From contig NIVC01000598.1 of NCBI GenBank assembly GCA_002269645.1, positions 718,286 through 782,285 of the forward strand: DNA of 64,000 nt, read 5' to 3'. Position numbers and translations under genes: made by a program. The DNA is from Macrostomum lignano. Taxonomy: Eukaryota. Positions 27,851 to 39,470 of this stretch are shown here, one piece after another (the stretch's first letter is position 1; every line of letters starts with the position of its first letter). The notes beneath the pieces were generated by a model. The model worked only from the letters and a program-made list of their open reading frames with translations, made no database searches and was not told where the DNA came from.

Positions 27851-28620
27851 ACTTTAAATAAACCCCCTCTATTGTGATACCTCTAAAGCCCCCACATAGA
27901 TTCCTACCCATTCCCAACCTATTTAGCTCAATGTAAGAAGAAACTCACAACCTTGTAACTTCCACGCGAACGACTCTATGTCGAAATTAAATAATTTTTT
28001 GTTTTATTACTACAAATAAAAGGCAGACACAAGCCCAGGACGCAGTGGTATGGGCAAGTAGGACACAAAACCCTGCATGTTTGCATCAAAGACGTGCTGC
28101 ACTGACTACACAATACACAAATTCACAATACAATAGTTGATTAGACAGCAATATAACCTTGTCTATCAATAAACGCATAAAGCATACAGGTCATTTCAAC
28201 TATTTATATTGTATCACAGGAGCTGTACAATTACTACAGCATATTAATAAAGAAATGATTGAGCAGCACCAGACTGAGCATCGGTGACAGTAAAGCTCAT
28301 GCCCGAGACGAAAGATAGTTGTAACTGTCTTTGAAATACGCCAATAGAACAGTTGATATGAAGTCAGCAAGACGAAGCCAGCAGTCATGCCTATTCCGGT
28401 GACCCCTGAGGATTTCAAAGTCGGGGCCGCTGTTAAGGCACACGCTAGCACACCCTGTGTGAGCGTGTGTCTGCGTACGTGCCTGTTTACAGCAAGTGCT
28501 CAGGAGTCAGTGGAACGGGCAGAATTGCCCCAGCCTGCGAATCTCTACTATTGTATATCATGTCGTCACTTCTTTTGAAAGAACAATTAACTTCCGATTC
28601 AGGCCAGATTGCCGATGCCA

Positions 28621-29262
28621 TCATCTCTTGTACACCAGAACAGTAGGCCGCTGCGGCCCTACACTCTCCGGCCCGTAACGCCGCCCGGCCTCGCGCAGGA
28701 ACGCAGACACCATGGCGGTGACCACCCGATCAAAGAACAGATCTGCTAAGGAGGTGTGCAAACTGCTTTGAAAAGCGAATTCAACGCCGAAATCGAGTAT
28801 GCAAGTGGCTGGCCGGCCACTCAAGCCGGGATGAAATCGCCAAGTTGTATCTAGGAGACGAAACAGATTTGCGTCTGTACAACGCGAATGAACAAGCTGA
28901 GGCCGGCAGCACGTGACTACGGAGCTGTAGCTCTGCTGCAACAAGGGCGGGAACCCGATGCTTAGCCGGCCAGTGAATTGTTCGCCTGGCCCGCTGACAC
29001 CGGCAGCGCCGGGTAGGCCAAAATTAGCAACATCAACAAGCTGACGGCGATCTTCAACTTGGCTACCTGTGCACCAGGGCACGAATCTGTGATAGTGCTC
29101 AACTCCGGACACTACCGCAAACATCTGCTCCCGACTGAAGCCGAGAAGGCGACGCTCAGCGTAGCGCATTGTAGCCACCGGAGTTGAAGTCGGCGATTTC
29201 ATTGAAGTTGACAAACTGCGACGCTGGCGCAGCAACAAAAGATTCGCCTTTATCTTGTTCAT
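28621..29262 (-). CDS. COQ10: Coenzyme Q-binding protein COQ10 homolog (START/SRPBCC fold), 213 aa, single coding exon
   Basis: Motifs YAERRLLGFSREQMFAVVSGVEHYHRFVPWC, IGFPP...YSSVVT, LFRLLDTTWRF and CILDFGVEFAFQSSLH...LFFDRVV. The Arg/Ser/Leu-rich N-terminus resembles a mitochondrial presequence. Confidence 0.93.
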   Translation of the reverse strand: MNKIKANLLLLRQRRSLSTSMKSPTSTPVATMRYAERRLLGFSREQMFAVVSGVEHYHRFVPWCTGSQVEDRRQLVDVANFGLPGAAGVSGPGEQFTGRLSIGFPPLLQQSYSSVVTCCRPQLVHSRCTDANLFRLLDTTWRFHPGLSGRPATCILDFGVEFAFQSSLHTSLADLFFDRVVTAMVSAFLREAGRRYGPESVGPQRPTVLVYKR

Positions 29263-29353
29263 CTTAATAGTCGACCTCTTGGGACCGCAGAGGAGGCCGG
29301 TAAAAAAGGTTAGGCAGCGACAGCAGTAGAGTGCTGAAAAAGGTTGCGTAGCT

Positions 29354-30212
29354 CAGGTGGAGAATATTAGCAGGTAGGAATGGGTCAGGTGGAGAATATT
29401 AGCAGGTAGGAATGGGTCAGGTGGAGAATATTAGCAGGTAGGAATGGGTCAGGTGGAGAATATTAGCAGGTAGGAATGGGTCAGGTAGAGAATATTAGCA
29501 GGTAGGAATGGGTCAGGTAGAGAACATTAGCAGGTAGGAATGGGTCAGGTGGAGAATATTAGCAGGTAGGAATGGGTCAGGTGGAGAATATTAGCAGGTA
29601 GGAATGGGTCAGGTGGAGAATATTAGCAGGTAGGAATGGGTCAGGTGGAGAATATTAGCAGGTAGGAATGGGTCAGGTAGAGAATATTAGCAGGTAGGAA
29701 TGGGTCAGGTGGAGAATATTAGCAGGTAGGAATGGGTCAGGTGGAGAATATTAGCAGGTAGGAATGGGTCAGGTGGAGAATATTAGCAGGTAGGAATGGG
29801 TCAGGTGGAGAATATTAGCAGGTAGGAATGGGTCAGGTGGAGAATATTAGCAGGTGGGAATGGGTCAGGTAGAGAATATTAGCAGGTAGGAATGGGTCAG
29901 GTGGAGAATATTAGCAGGTAGGAATGGGTCAGGTAGAGAATATTAGCAGGTAGGAATGGGTCAGGTGGAGAATATTAGCAGGTAGGAATGGGTCAGGTGG
30001 AGAATATTAGCAGGTAGGAATGGGTCAGGTGGAGAATATTAGCAGGTAGGAATGGGTCAGGTGGAGAATATTAGCAGGTAGGAATGGGTCAGGTGGAGAA
30101 TATTAGCAGGTAGGAATGGGTCAGGTGGAGAATATTAGCAGGTAGGAATGGGTCAGGTGGAGAATATTAGCAGGTAGGAATGGGTCAGGTAGAGAATTAT
30201 AGCAGGTGGGAA
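29354..30212. repeat. 32-bp minisatellite (CAGGTGGAGAATATTAGCAGGTAGGAATGGGT)
   Basis: Highly homogeneous tandem copies between RPL39 and COQ10. Confidence 0.98.
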
Positions 30213-30428
30213 TGGATTAATCCCAGTCTAATTAAGAGCACATCCTTCTTACAGTAAGCAGCTGTGCCTAGAAAAAAGAAATAAGAGAAAACCGAAATTC
30301 CAAATAAGATTCCGTCAACAATAAATTTTTTATTTGCTTCAAACAGACTTAAGCAAAATGTCAGCAGCCAGCTCAAACGATTCCACATATGCTACATCAA
30401 TCTGACGTCACGAAACAATCAATCCATA

Positions 30429-30584
30429 TTACAACCTCAGCTTAGTACGGCGCCAGTGCCGCCTTTTGGCATTGTACCGCACCGTGTTGCCATTGCGCAT
30501 GCGAACCCATTGCGGCACTGGCCGATTCACCTTCTGCTTTCGGGCCAGCTTAGTTTTCATGCGGAAAGTCTTGTGCGACGGCAT
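30429..30584 (-). CDS. RPL39: 60S ribosomal protein L39 (eL39), 51 aa, intronless CDS; absent from the ORF track because it is under 60 aa
   Basis: Manual translation: [57 protein letters not shown] on the minus strand at 30329-30334 and a TTTCAG acceptor 26 nt upstream of the ATG. Confidence 0.96.
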   Translation of the reverse strand: MPSHKTFRMKTKLARKQKVNRPVPQWVRMRNGNTVRYNAKRRHWRRTKLRL

Positions 30585-31802
30585 GTTGCTTTAGTAATTG
30601 ATAATCTGAGCTGAAATCTTTTTGATTTACTGATAATTAGCAGGATGGAACTCCATTTAAAAAATTAACAGATTGTACTTTGAAACAATAATGATTAAAA
30701 TGCAGGTCATGTACTTTTAATGACACCTGAGAAACATTTAGGCTTTCTTTTTGTCAGTTTTACAGTATTTTCTGCCTGTATTTGTTAAATTAAATTCCTG
30801 TAATGAACAAAACTGCCTTAGGTATGAAAGCCTATCACTCTCTGTCACCATATGAGATCCAGGCGTAACTTATGGACCTTTAGCTAGCGCCATGCTTTGA
30901 AACAGCTAGAAGTAAAGCACCATGCGATTGAAAGCTATTTTGTATCCCACTTGCCTTGACTTCATAGAGCTCCATAAACTGCACTGCAGCAGCTATGCAA
31001 GCAAAACAAGACCTACTATTGCTGTATTGTTACTGACATGGCACACTTAATTGTTACTGCCATCTTCTTCTAGATAGCACACTATGACCTAACATTTGCC
31101 TAATGTGGCTGCATGCTGTAAGTACTAGTTTGGGCTTTCTGGAGTTAATTTGCCTAATGCAAACTTTGAGTAATTAAAATATGGAATTCCACTGTAGGTA
31201 CGGATATGGCTATGGGAAGTTATGGATATTGAGGTTTTGGGCCAAGCATATGGATATAGTTATGGAAACATACTTCCCATATCTAGTTCCTGTATCTAGT
31301 AATACCACTCTTGAAAGACCATTGGAGCTGTTGATTTGATGGGGTTAGGGTAGTAGAAATAAATGAATGTTGCCAGTTTCAAATTCTCTGGAATTTAGGA
31401 CTCAAGCATCAACATAGATAGCCAATGCCATGTCCACATTATGGTTGAGTAAAAGGAGCTGGAGTTGATAGTTAAGATGAATGTTTTCACATTTTAAGGG
31501 GAGCTCTGATGCCACATGCACATTGTGGTTGGGTGGTGAGGGGTAGGGGCTAATGTTAAGATGAATGTTTTCATTTTCAATGTGAAGGGAGCTCTTAAGT
31601 CCTTAGAATTTGGGATTCAAGCAACAAAAGACAGAAAATTTTGACACTACTACACACACATTGGGATTGGAGTATTTTAATAAAATATGAAATTGGTGTT
31701 TACTATATCTCTTTCTAGCTCCTTTCTTAGAGACACAGGTGTTCAATAAAAATCATATAAAGAAACATTCTACCAGAAGTAAACATATTTATATATTGTG
31801 AT

Positions 31803-31966
31803 ATTCATACAAGTGCAACCTTAGGAATCACTCAGCCATTTCTATTGGCAACACACACATGGCTGAGAGCAGTCATGTGACTACTATTCTATCTAATAGC
31901 GACTTATGTGTGTGTGTTGCCAATATAAACAGTTGAGTGAATTCCTAGGTTGTGCCCAAGCATGGT
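31803..31966. mobile_element. Short palindromic MITE-like element, copy 1
   Basis: Internal inverted repeats TTGGCAACACACACAT...ATGTGTGTGTGTTGCCAA and CAACCTTAGGAAT...ATTCCTAGGTTG. A reverse-complement copy lies at 41176-41348. Confidence 0.75.
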
Positions 31967-33402
31967 GATATTGAAAAAGCCTAATCTAACTCAATCACTT
32001 ACTCTTGAAAAAAATTTGTTTTTTTTCCTCCTTTGTTCCTAGAAATCTAAATAGACTGTCCAACCATTGTTGCTGCTGACAGGATTTTTAGCCTTTGACA
32101 TAAGCTTACCAATTGTAAAATACCTGAACAAGTTGTCCTACCTAGCCAATTTGTTCACATTCTGAAATTCCTAATAAACCACAAAGTGCATTAAGGATAT
32201 CTGAAACCAATACTGATAGAGCCTATTCAAATTGTATATGGTTTCTTTACTATTAACTGCTAGCATAATTATATTAGTGCATGCATTAGATATCTAGAAG
32301 CAGTGAACACTTTATTTATAATTATATAAAATCTTGTCTAAAATTCTATCTTAGGTGCCAGCCAGTTGCCTGGGATGTACTCATTATCTATAATCTAGCC
32401 TATAAAATAGGTAGCCATCTGCAAGCTTGTGTTGAGTGCATCATCAGCTGAATGTGTTAGACTAGCTGTGAATTCATTCTATGCTTATGGGCATTATACA
32501 AAATACCAAGTAGTTAATAAAGCACTTTTGTTTGCTAATTATATTTTTTTAACAACAATCCATCTAAAAAAACATCATTTTACAGTAATCAGCTAGAAAA
32601 CTTATTCTAAGAAATGCTTATAAAACTTTGATTCACTTGTGCATTGTGGCTCATGTTTAATTCTTATATACAAGGTGCAATAAATGATTGTCAAAAGTTG
32701 GGTACAATTTTGCATCTAAAGTAAAATATCAAGATTGATTTTTAGATTTAAGTTGCTATTGGCAACCATTTTCATCATTGCATCATTGTTAATTATTTGT
32801 AAATAAACTATTTTTATTTAATTTAGCTTTTTATAAGGCCTTTGCCACACATATATTAGGAAATCACTAAAGTAAAGTCACCCTCACTGACACTAAAGAC
32901 CTTAATATATAGGATCAGGCTAAGTATTGTAGGCCTACTACCTATACAATTTAATAGATTAATAATAATCAATGAGTTAGATAACTTAGGTCTACCTTTC
33001 TATACCTAGGTCTAATCTAGATCTAGTTAGGCTAATCAAACCTAGGTCTATCTATGATTGATTAAAGCTTTGAATCAAATATATTATATTTATTAACCAC
33101 TTAAATTTCAATACAAATAATAAAAAGTGCCTATTTTCATGTTATTATAATAAATCAAGTAACTATAAATATAATGAATAATAACAAACTGATATACAAG
33201 TAATTCCATTTTCTCATACTCTTTATATAATAATTGAAAGTACAAATTAGAAAGTATTATATTATTCATTATATATATATAATATATAAATATATATATA
33301 TATATAATGTCTAGATGCTTTTAAAGTAGAGTAGTAAAGCTCATTAAATTATTATTTTGCAAAAAGGGTTTATTATGCAATTTAAAAAGGTCATTTATTG
33401 AG

Positions 33403-33804
33403 GCAACACTAGCAAAGTTTTAGGACTGGGCATGCACTCAATTTTTTTGGTATGCAAATGTAATTATTCAATTTTTGTTTGGGCGTGCACTCAGCATTAT
33501 CTAGATATAGATTGTCATTTAGATTTTCTAATATTGAATTCAATATATACTAATTTGTTTAATGCTTACTATCCAAAGTATAATGCTGCTACTCAAAGGT
33601 AATGCTAGGCTTATTGATTAACAAATAAATTGGTTATAATTTTATATAAAATCTTAGATGCATTTTGTGCATATTTAAAAAAACTTGTATATTTTCATCA
33701 TCTAGATCATGCTGGGTGCACGCCTGAACAAAAATCAATAGTTGCAAGTGCATGCTGAAAAAAATTTGAGTGCACATGCATTCTTAAAACTCTGCCAGTG
33801 TTGC
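33403..33804. mobile_element. Degenerate foldback/MITE with inverted arms of about 105 bp
   Basis: 33403-33505 matches the reverse complement of 33701-33804 (GCAACACT.GCA.AGTTTTA...GCACTCAA.TTTTT...GGCGTGCAC.CAGCAT.ATCTAGA). Confidence 0.65.
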
Positions 33805-34406
33805 AGAGATGTTGCAGAGTGTTGGAGATTTCCGGCGTACCAAATGAGTTTTCCAAAAAATGGCATACCACTATTGGCGTACCACCGATTTGAAAAAGCA
33901 TTTGGCGTACCACCTTTGGCATACCACCAAGCTGAAGTTGAATTGGCGTACCACTTTTAGCGTACCATTGGCACCACCAGGCAAAAAAATTGTTGCCAGA
34001 GTAAAAACTTTTTGTAATTTTGCGTAAATTACGACATACAAGATACGACTACATCACACAACAATGTATTTTACGTAAAAAATTGCATATATTTTTTCCT
34101 GCATTGTATAACTTGATTAATCATTTTATAAATATATAAATAAATTAATAAAATAATTTAGCCTAGTATTATTGGTAAATAAATTTATGAGCGCTGATTA
34201 TATCTGTTATTTTTTAATAATTGTTAAAGTTTGTCTGCCATATTTTTACCATTTTCAAAGTCAAAATGTTTATTATTTCTTTCGTACTAACATTAACATA
34301 CAATTATATATCAATATATATTCTTTTGGCGTACCACTGGCATACCACTTGGGAATCCTTTTTCCTTCCGGCGTACCACATTACACCATCTGGACTATGG
34401 GGCACA

Positions 34407-35004
34407 CCATAGTCAGGAAGGTGGCAGAGTGTGCGCCGGAACAAATTTTGGCCTCTCCCAAAATTGTGCGCCGTGCGCCGACACAAAAACTCTCGTGTGC
34501 GCCGTTGTGCGCCCGCCACTACCTGCCTTGCGACAATAAAAGACCTTTTTTTGAGAAATTGAGATCGTTAAACCGAAAATAGAAATTTAAAAAATTTTTA
34601 ATTTAATTTCTAATTTCTAAAACAAAACAAACATAAAAAGTAAGCAAATGGCAAAAACAAAGGTAAAAAGGAAAAGGAAAATATTTTATTTTATTTTTTA
34701 TTTTTTGGTAGAATGCAGTGTTACATTAGACAGAACAGTGAATAGTGTACTGTAACAAGTAACGACTTACATCGTTACATGGGATCGCCACAAGGGTAAC
34801 GCTGCATGTGGCGCGGCGCCCGCCGCGCCGCGCCGCCATGCGCCGGTGTCCTCTGGTGTGCGCCGTTGTGCGCCGCTGTGCGCCAGTGCGCCGCTGTGCG
34901 CTGTTGTGGCGCGCCGCTGTGCGCCGTTGTGCGCCGTTGTGTGCCCAAAAAGGGCTTGTGTGCGCCGGAATTTTCCGACCAAACTGCCACCTTCCTGACT
35001 ATGG
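34407..35004. mobile_element. hAT-type non-autonomous element (MITE), 598 bp
   Basis: Perfect 21-bp TIR CCATAGTCAGGAAGGTGGCAG (34407-34427 / 34984-35004), 8-bp TSD GGGGCACA (34399-34406 / 35005-35012), and subterminal TGTGCGCCG repeats. Confidence 0.85.
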
Positions 35005-36506
35005 GGGGCACATATTGTTAATAAACAAGTATAATTTATAATTGTGTAGACTTTTTATAAGAAAGAATCTTATGACTTATATAATGAAAAAACTGGAAGT
35101 TATCATGATGTATTTGAAAATTTTTAGGAATTTTACTTGTGACACATAAACAAAGTTTTTGTATGCAAAATGCTATTGGCGTGGCATCCAAAAGGTCCTT
35201 TATTATAAAATTGCAAAAATGTTATTTATTAGGCCTATTGAAGGTTGAAGCTACAAACCCTAAGGTAAGGCCTAATATAGGCCTAACCCTAGGCTATGGG
35301 CTTAGAAAAGGCATTTGAAAAAAAATCTTCATTGACTAGGCCTACGCCTGGGTCTATGATATTTGAGTTAACTCACAATGGAATGGTTAAACTAGGGCCT
35401 AGATTGAAACTTAATACTTAATAGGGAAGGGATTAAGGCCTATGCCGCCTATAATATAAATGAAGAGCTATTCATACACTATCAAACCATTACACTCTCA
35501 TGAATAGCTGATTCAAGAAAAAAACCTTAAAACATTTTCAATTTCTAAGTTCTAATGTCTGATTGATCACATTGAAAATGTCAATAAAAACAGTCCAAAG
35601 ACAAAAAGAAAGAGAATTTAAATTGCCGTTTTTGTAAAGCGCATTGAATGATGCACTAGATGCCTTAGAGAAGAGCGGTAGAGTACATATTATCCCTTCT
35701 AGTCGATCACGGTAGGGTGGTAACAAACAACTTTGTAACTTGTAACTTGAACGCAATTCGATCGATCGGATATATAGATTATAGCTAGCTTGAACATTGT
35801 AATCGTATATTTAAATTTACACTGTTTCCAGTCTATTTTTAACACATGTTTTGCTTTTAATCCAAAAATGTGTGATTTAATCTACAAAACTTTCTGTAAC
35901 GTTCTAAAATTTTTTGACTGCAAACACCCTAAAAAGAGATAATAAAACGTCTGTTGCAGTAAAAAAGTATTTAAAAATGTGGCCCCCTAAAAGTGCACGG
36001 CCATCCGCCCGTCACGAGACCACGAGCTGTCACTATCGCCGACGCCAACTAAAGAGTTGGACGATACCGTGTCCGTGAGGCAGTTAACGTTGTTTAGTAT
36101 ACTATATATAGTTTAGTATACATTTACTGATTTAGTATGCCTACCGAGGCCGGTTTCCTGCAGTTCATTCGTCTGCCGACAGTTCGTCTGCTGAGTAGAC
36201 GAAACGCCCTTTCCTTCTAAAACTGTTCGTCTGCTGGGAAATGGGGTGGGGATGAGGAGTGGGGTGGGGACTAGGGAGCTGGGGGACTGGGGAGCTGCCT
36301 CTGTATGGACAACTTCTCTGTCCGTTAACATTTGTTATAATAAAGCGCTGCATGTATATGGGTCTTTCATCATTTTAACAAACTATTTTACAATATACAC
36401 CTAAAATGAGAAAGCTTAACTAAAAACAGTGGCATGGAACGGAAGCTGTTAAAAATTTGATAAAGAAAAAAACGGCGAATAGTTATTCTCATTCAAAATT
36501 TCTCTG

Positions 36507-36687
36507 ATGCAAGACATCTGTTGTCATTTGTAGAAAGTGTGTGAGCACTCGACAGCAAGCTTTGCAATGTGATGATTGCAGTCAATGGCAGCACCAAATA
36601 TGTGGTTCAGGCATAAGCCAAAAGGAGTATCGTCAGATTCTAGAAGACGACGCTTCATTTATCTGGATTTGCTCCCGCTGTAAATGA
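36507..36687 (+). pseudogene. PHD finger remnant with a 1-bp insertion
   Basis: MQDIC/VICRKCVSTRQQALQCDDCSQWQHQICGSGISQKEYRQILEDDASFIWICSRCK gives the C4-H-C3 pattern after removing one T near 36522. Confidence 0.75.
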
Positions 36688-36834
36688 GAAAAGTTATGCA
36701 AAGTAATTGATCACATTATAGTTTTTCAATCCCTTTTTAAGAAAAGGCATATGTATGCAGTGTATGTGTATGTCAGTGAAAAAATTGTCGAAATGAAATA
36801 CATGATACCAAACTTGGTAGGTGCCGACAGCCGC

Positions 36835-37892
36835 CGCCAATCTACCAGCAGTCCATGCACGCCGGTGCTGCCGCCGATCCAACCTGCAGCTGTCCACGCC
36901 GGTGCTGCCGCCGATCCACTTGCAGCTGTCCACGCCGGTGCTGCCGCCGATCCACCTGCAGCTGTCCACGCCGGTGCTGCCGCCGATCCAACCTGCAGCT
37001 GTCCACGCCGGTGCTGCCGCCGATCCACCTGCAGCTGTCCACGCCGGTGCTGCCGCCGATCCACCTGCAGCTGTCCACGCCGGTGCTGCCGCCGATCCAA
37101 CCTGCAGCTTTCCACGCCGGTGCTGCCGCCGATCCAACCTGCAGCTGTCCACGCCGGTGCTGCCGCCGATCCACCTGCAGCTGTCCACGCCGGTGCTGCC
37201 GCCGATCCAACCTGCAGCTGTCCACGCCGGTGCTGCCGCCGATCCAACCTGCAGCTGTCCACGCCGGTGCTGCCGCCGATCCAACCTGCAGCTGTCCACG
37301 CCGGTGCTGCCGCCGATCCACCTGCAGCTGTCCACGCCGGTGCTGCCGCCGATCCACCTGCAGCTGTCCACGCCGGTGCTGCCGCCGATCCACCTGCAGC
37401 TGTCCACGCCGGTGCTGCCGCCGATCCACCTGCAGCTGTCCACGCCGGTGCTGCCGCCGATCCACCTGCAGCTGTCCACGCCGCTGCTGCCGCCGATCCA
37501 CCTGCAGCTGTCCACGCCGGTGCTGCCGCCGATCCAACCTGCAGCTGTCCACGCCGGTGCTGCCGCCGATCCAACCTGCAGCTGTCCACGCCGGTGCTGC
37601 CGCCGATCCACCTGCAGCTGTCCACGCCGGTGCTGCCGCCGATCCAACCTGCAGCTTTCCACGCCGGTGCTGCCGCCGATCCACCTGCAGCTGTCCACGC
37701 CGGTGCTGCCGCCGATCCACCTGCAGCTGTCCACGCCGGTGCTGCCGCCGATCCAACCTGCAGCTTTCCACGCCGGTGCTGCCGCCGATCCACCTGCAGC
37801 TGTCCACGCCGGTGCTGCCGCCGATCCAACCTGCAGCTTTCCACGCCGGTGCTGCCGCCGATCCACCTGCAGCTGTCCACGCCGGTGCTGCC
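36835..37892. repeat. 36/37-bp GC-rich minisatellite (CCTGCAGCTGTCCACGCCGGTGCTGCCGCCGATCCA[A])
   Basis: Direct tandem copies. Source of the six overlapping long ORFs. Confidence 0.97.
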
Positions 37893-37899
37893 GCGGATC

Positions 37900-38365
37900 G
37901 AAATTACGATGGACTACAGGATCCGACGCCACTCGTTGAAGTGCAGCTTGAGTCGCAGCAAGAACATTTTGAGCTGAAACGCGGTATTAGTAAACGCGGT
38001 GGTGATCTCCTTGTATCCTCGTTTGGATATCTTCTAGGGCGGAACGGAGGCAAAGCTGGCTGCAATTATTGGAAGTGCATCGTCCGCAATGAAGACTTGA
38101 AGTGCAATGGCTCAGTGAGGCAGACTGCTGATGGTGTTTTCCATGTGAGCCGGCCACACAGATCTGTCATGCTGACAAAGCAGCTGGAATTAAGAGAGAT
38201 GCATTGGGAAGTAAAAAACGAGGCGAAGCGATGCCGATTCGAGCCAGCAGCAGAAATAGCTGAAGGTGCTTTGATTGCCGACTCTCTGCGCGATGATTTT
38301 TAGGAGTAAATCCTCAAACTGCTGAGCAGCTGGCCAGAAATGCGAATAGATTTCGAGCTGGAAGT
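37900..38365 (+). pseudogene. FLYWCH zinc-finger / MULE transposase N-terminal remnant
   Basis: SKRGGDLLVSSFGYLL...NYWKCIVRNEDLKCNGSVRQ...RPH, then EVKNEAKRCRFEPAAEIAE and, after a frameshift, LARNANRFR. Confidence 0.7.
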
Positions 38366-38372
38366 TTTTCTT

Positions 38373-39299
38373 TCACCCAGCCACTCACCCACTTAATTCA
38401 CTTTCACCCAGCCACTCACCCACTTAATTCACTTTCACCCAGCCACTCACCCACTTAATTCACTTTCACCCAGCCACTCACCCACTCAATTCACTTTCAC
38501 CCAGCCACTCACACACTTAATTCACTGATCTCACCCAGCCACTCACCCACTCAATTCACTTTCACCCAGCCACTCACCCACTTAATTCACTTTCACCCAG
38601 CCACTCAATTCACTTTCTCTCCAATCTCTACTCTCAGCTCACTCTCAGCCTCTCTCCAATCTCCACTCTCAGCCTCTCTCCACTCTCAGCCTCTCTCCAC
38701 TCTCAGCCTCTCTCCAATCTCCACTCTCAGCCTCTCTCCACTCTCAGCCTCTCTCCAATCTCAGCCTCTCTCCAATCTCCACTCTCAGCCTCTCTCCACT
38801 CTCAGCCTCTCTCCACTCTCAGCCTCTCTCCACTCTCAGCCTCTCTCCACTCTCAGCCTCTCTCCACTCTCAGCCTCTCTCCACTCTCAGCCTCTCTCCA
38901 ATCTCCACTCTCAGCCTCTCTCCAATCTCCACTCTCAGCCTCTCTCCAATCTCCACTCTCAGCCTCTCTCCAATCTCCACTCTCAGCCTCTCTCCAATCT
39001 CCACTCTCAGCTCACTCTCAGCCTCTCTCGGCCACTCTCAGCCTCTCCATCAATCTCCACTCTCAGCTCACTCTCAGTCTCTCTCCACTGTCAGCCTCTC
39101 TCCGATCTCCACTCTCAGCTCACTCTCCTCTCATCTCTCCTCTCCCCTCTTCTCATCTCCTCTCTCTCCTTTCATCTCCTCACCTCTCTCCTCTAATCTT
39201 CCCTCCACTCCTCTCTCCCCTTTCTTCTCTCCTCTCTTCTCTCTCTAGCTCATCTTCTCACTCATCTGAGAGAGAGAGAGAAAGAGAGAGAGAGAGATC

Positions 39300-39332
<33 letters not shown>

Positions 39333-39470
39333 TGAGTGAGTGAGTGAGTGAGTGAGTGAGTGAGTGAGTGAGTGAGTGAGTGAGTGAGTGAGTGAGTGAG
39401 TGAGTTAGTGTGAGTGAGTGAGTGAGAGAGGGAGAGAATAAGTGAGAGTGTGAATAAATGAGAGAGTGAA
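38373..39470. repeat. Compound array: 31-bp CACCCAGCCACTCACCCACTTAATTCACTTT, about 17-bp CTCTCAGCCTCTCTCCA, then (GA)n/(GT)n/(GAGT)n
   Basis: Direct sequence. Confidence 0.92.

Noticed and set aside
36694-37977. Overlapping 321-482 aa ORFs on both strands
   Set aside because: Products of the 36/37-bp array. Only the unique FLYWCH-like tail was kept.
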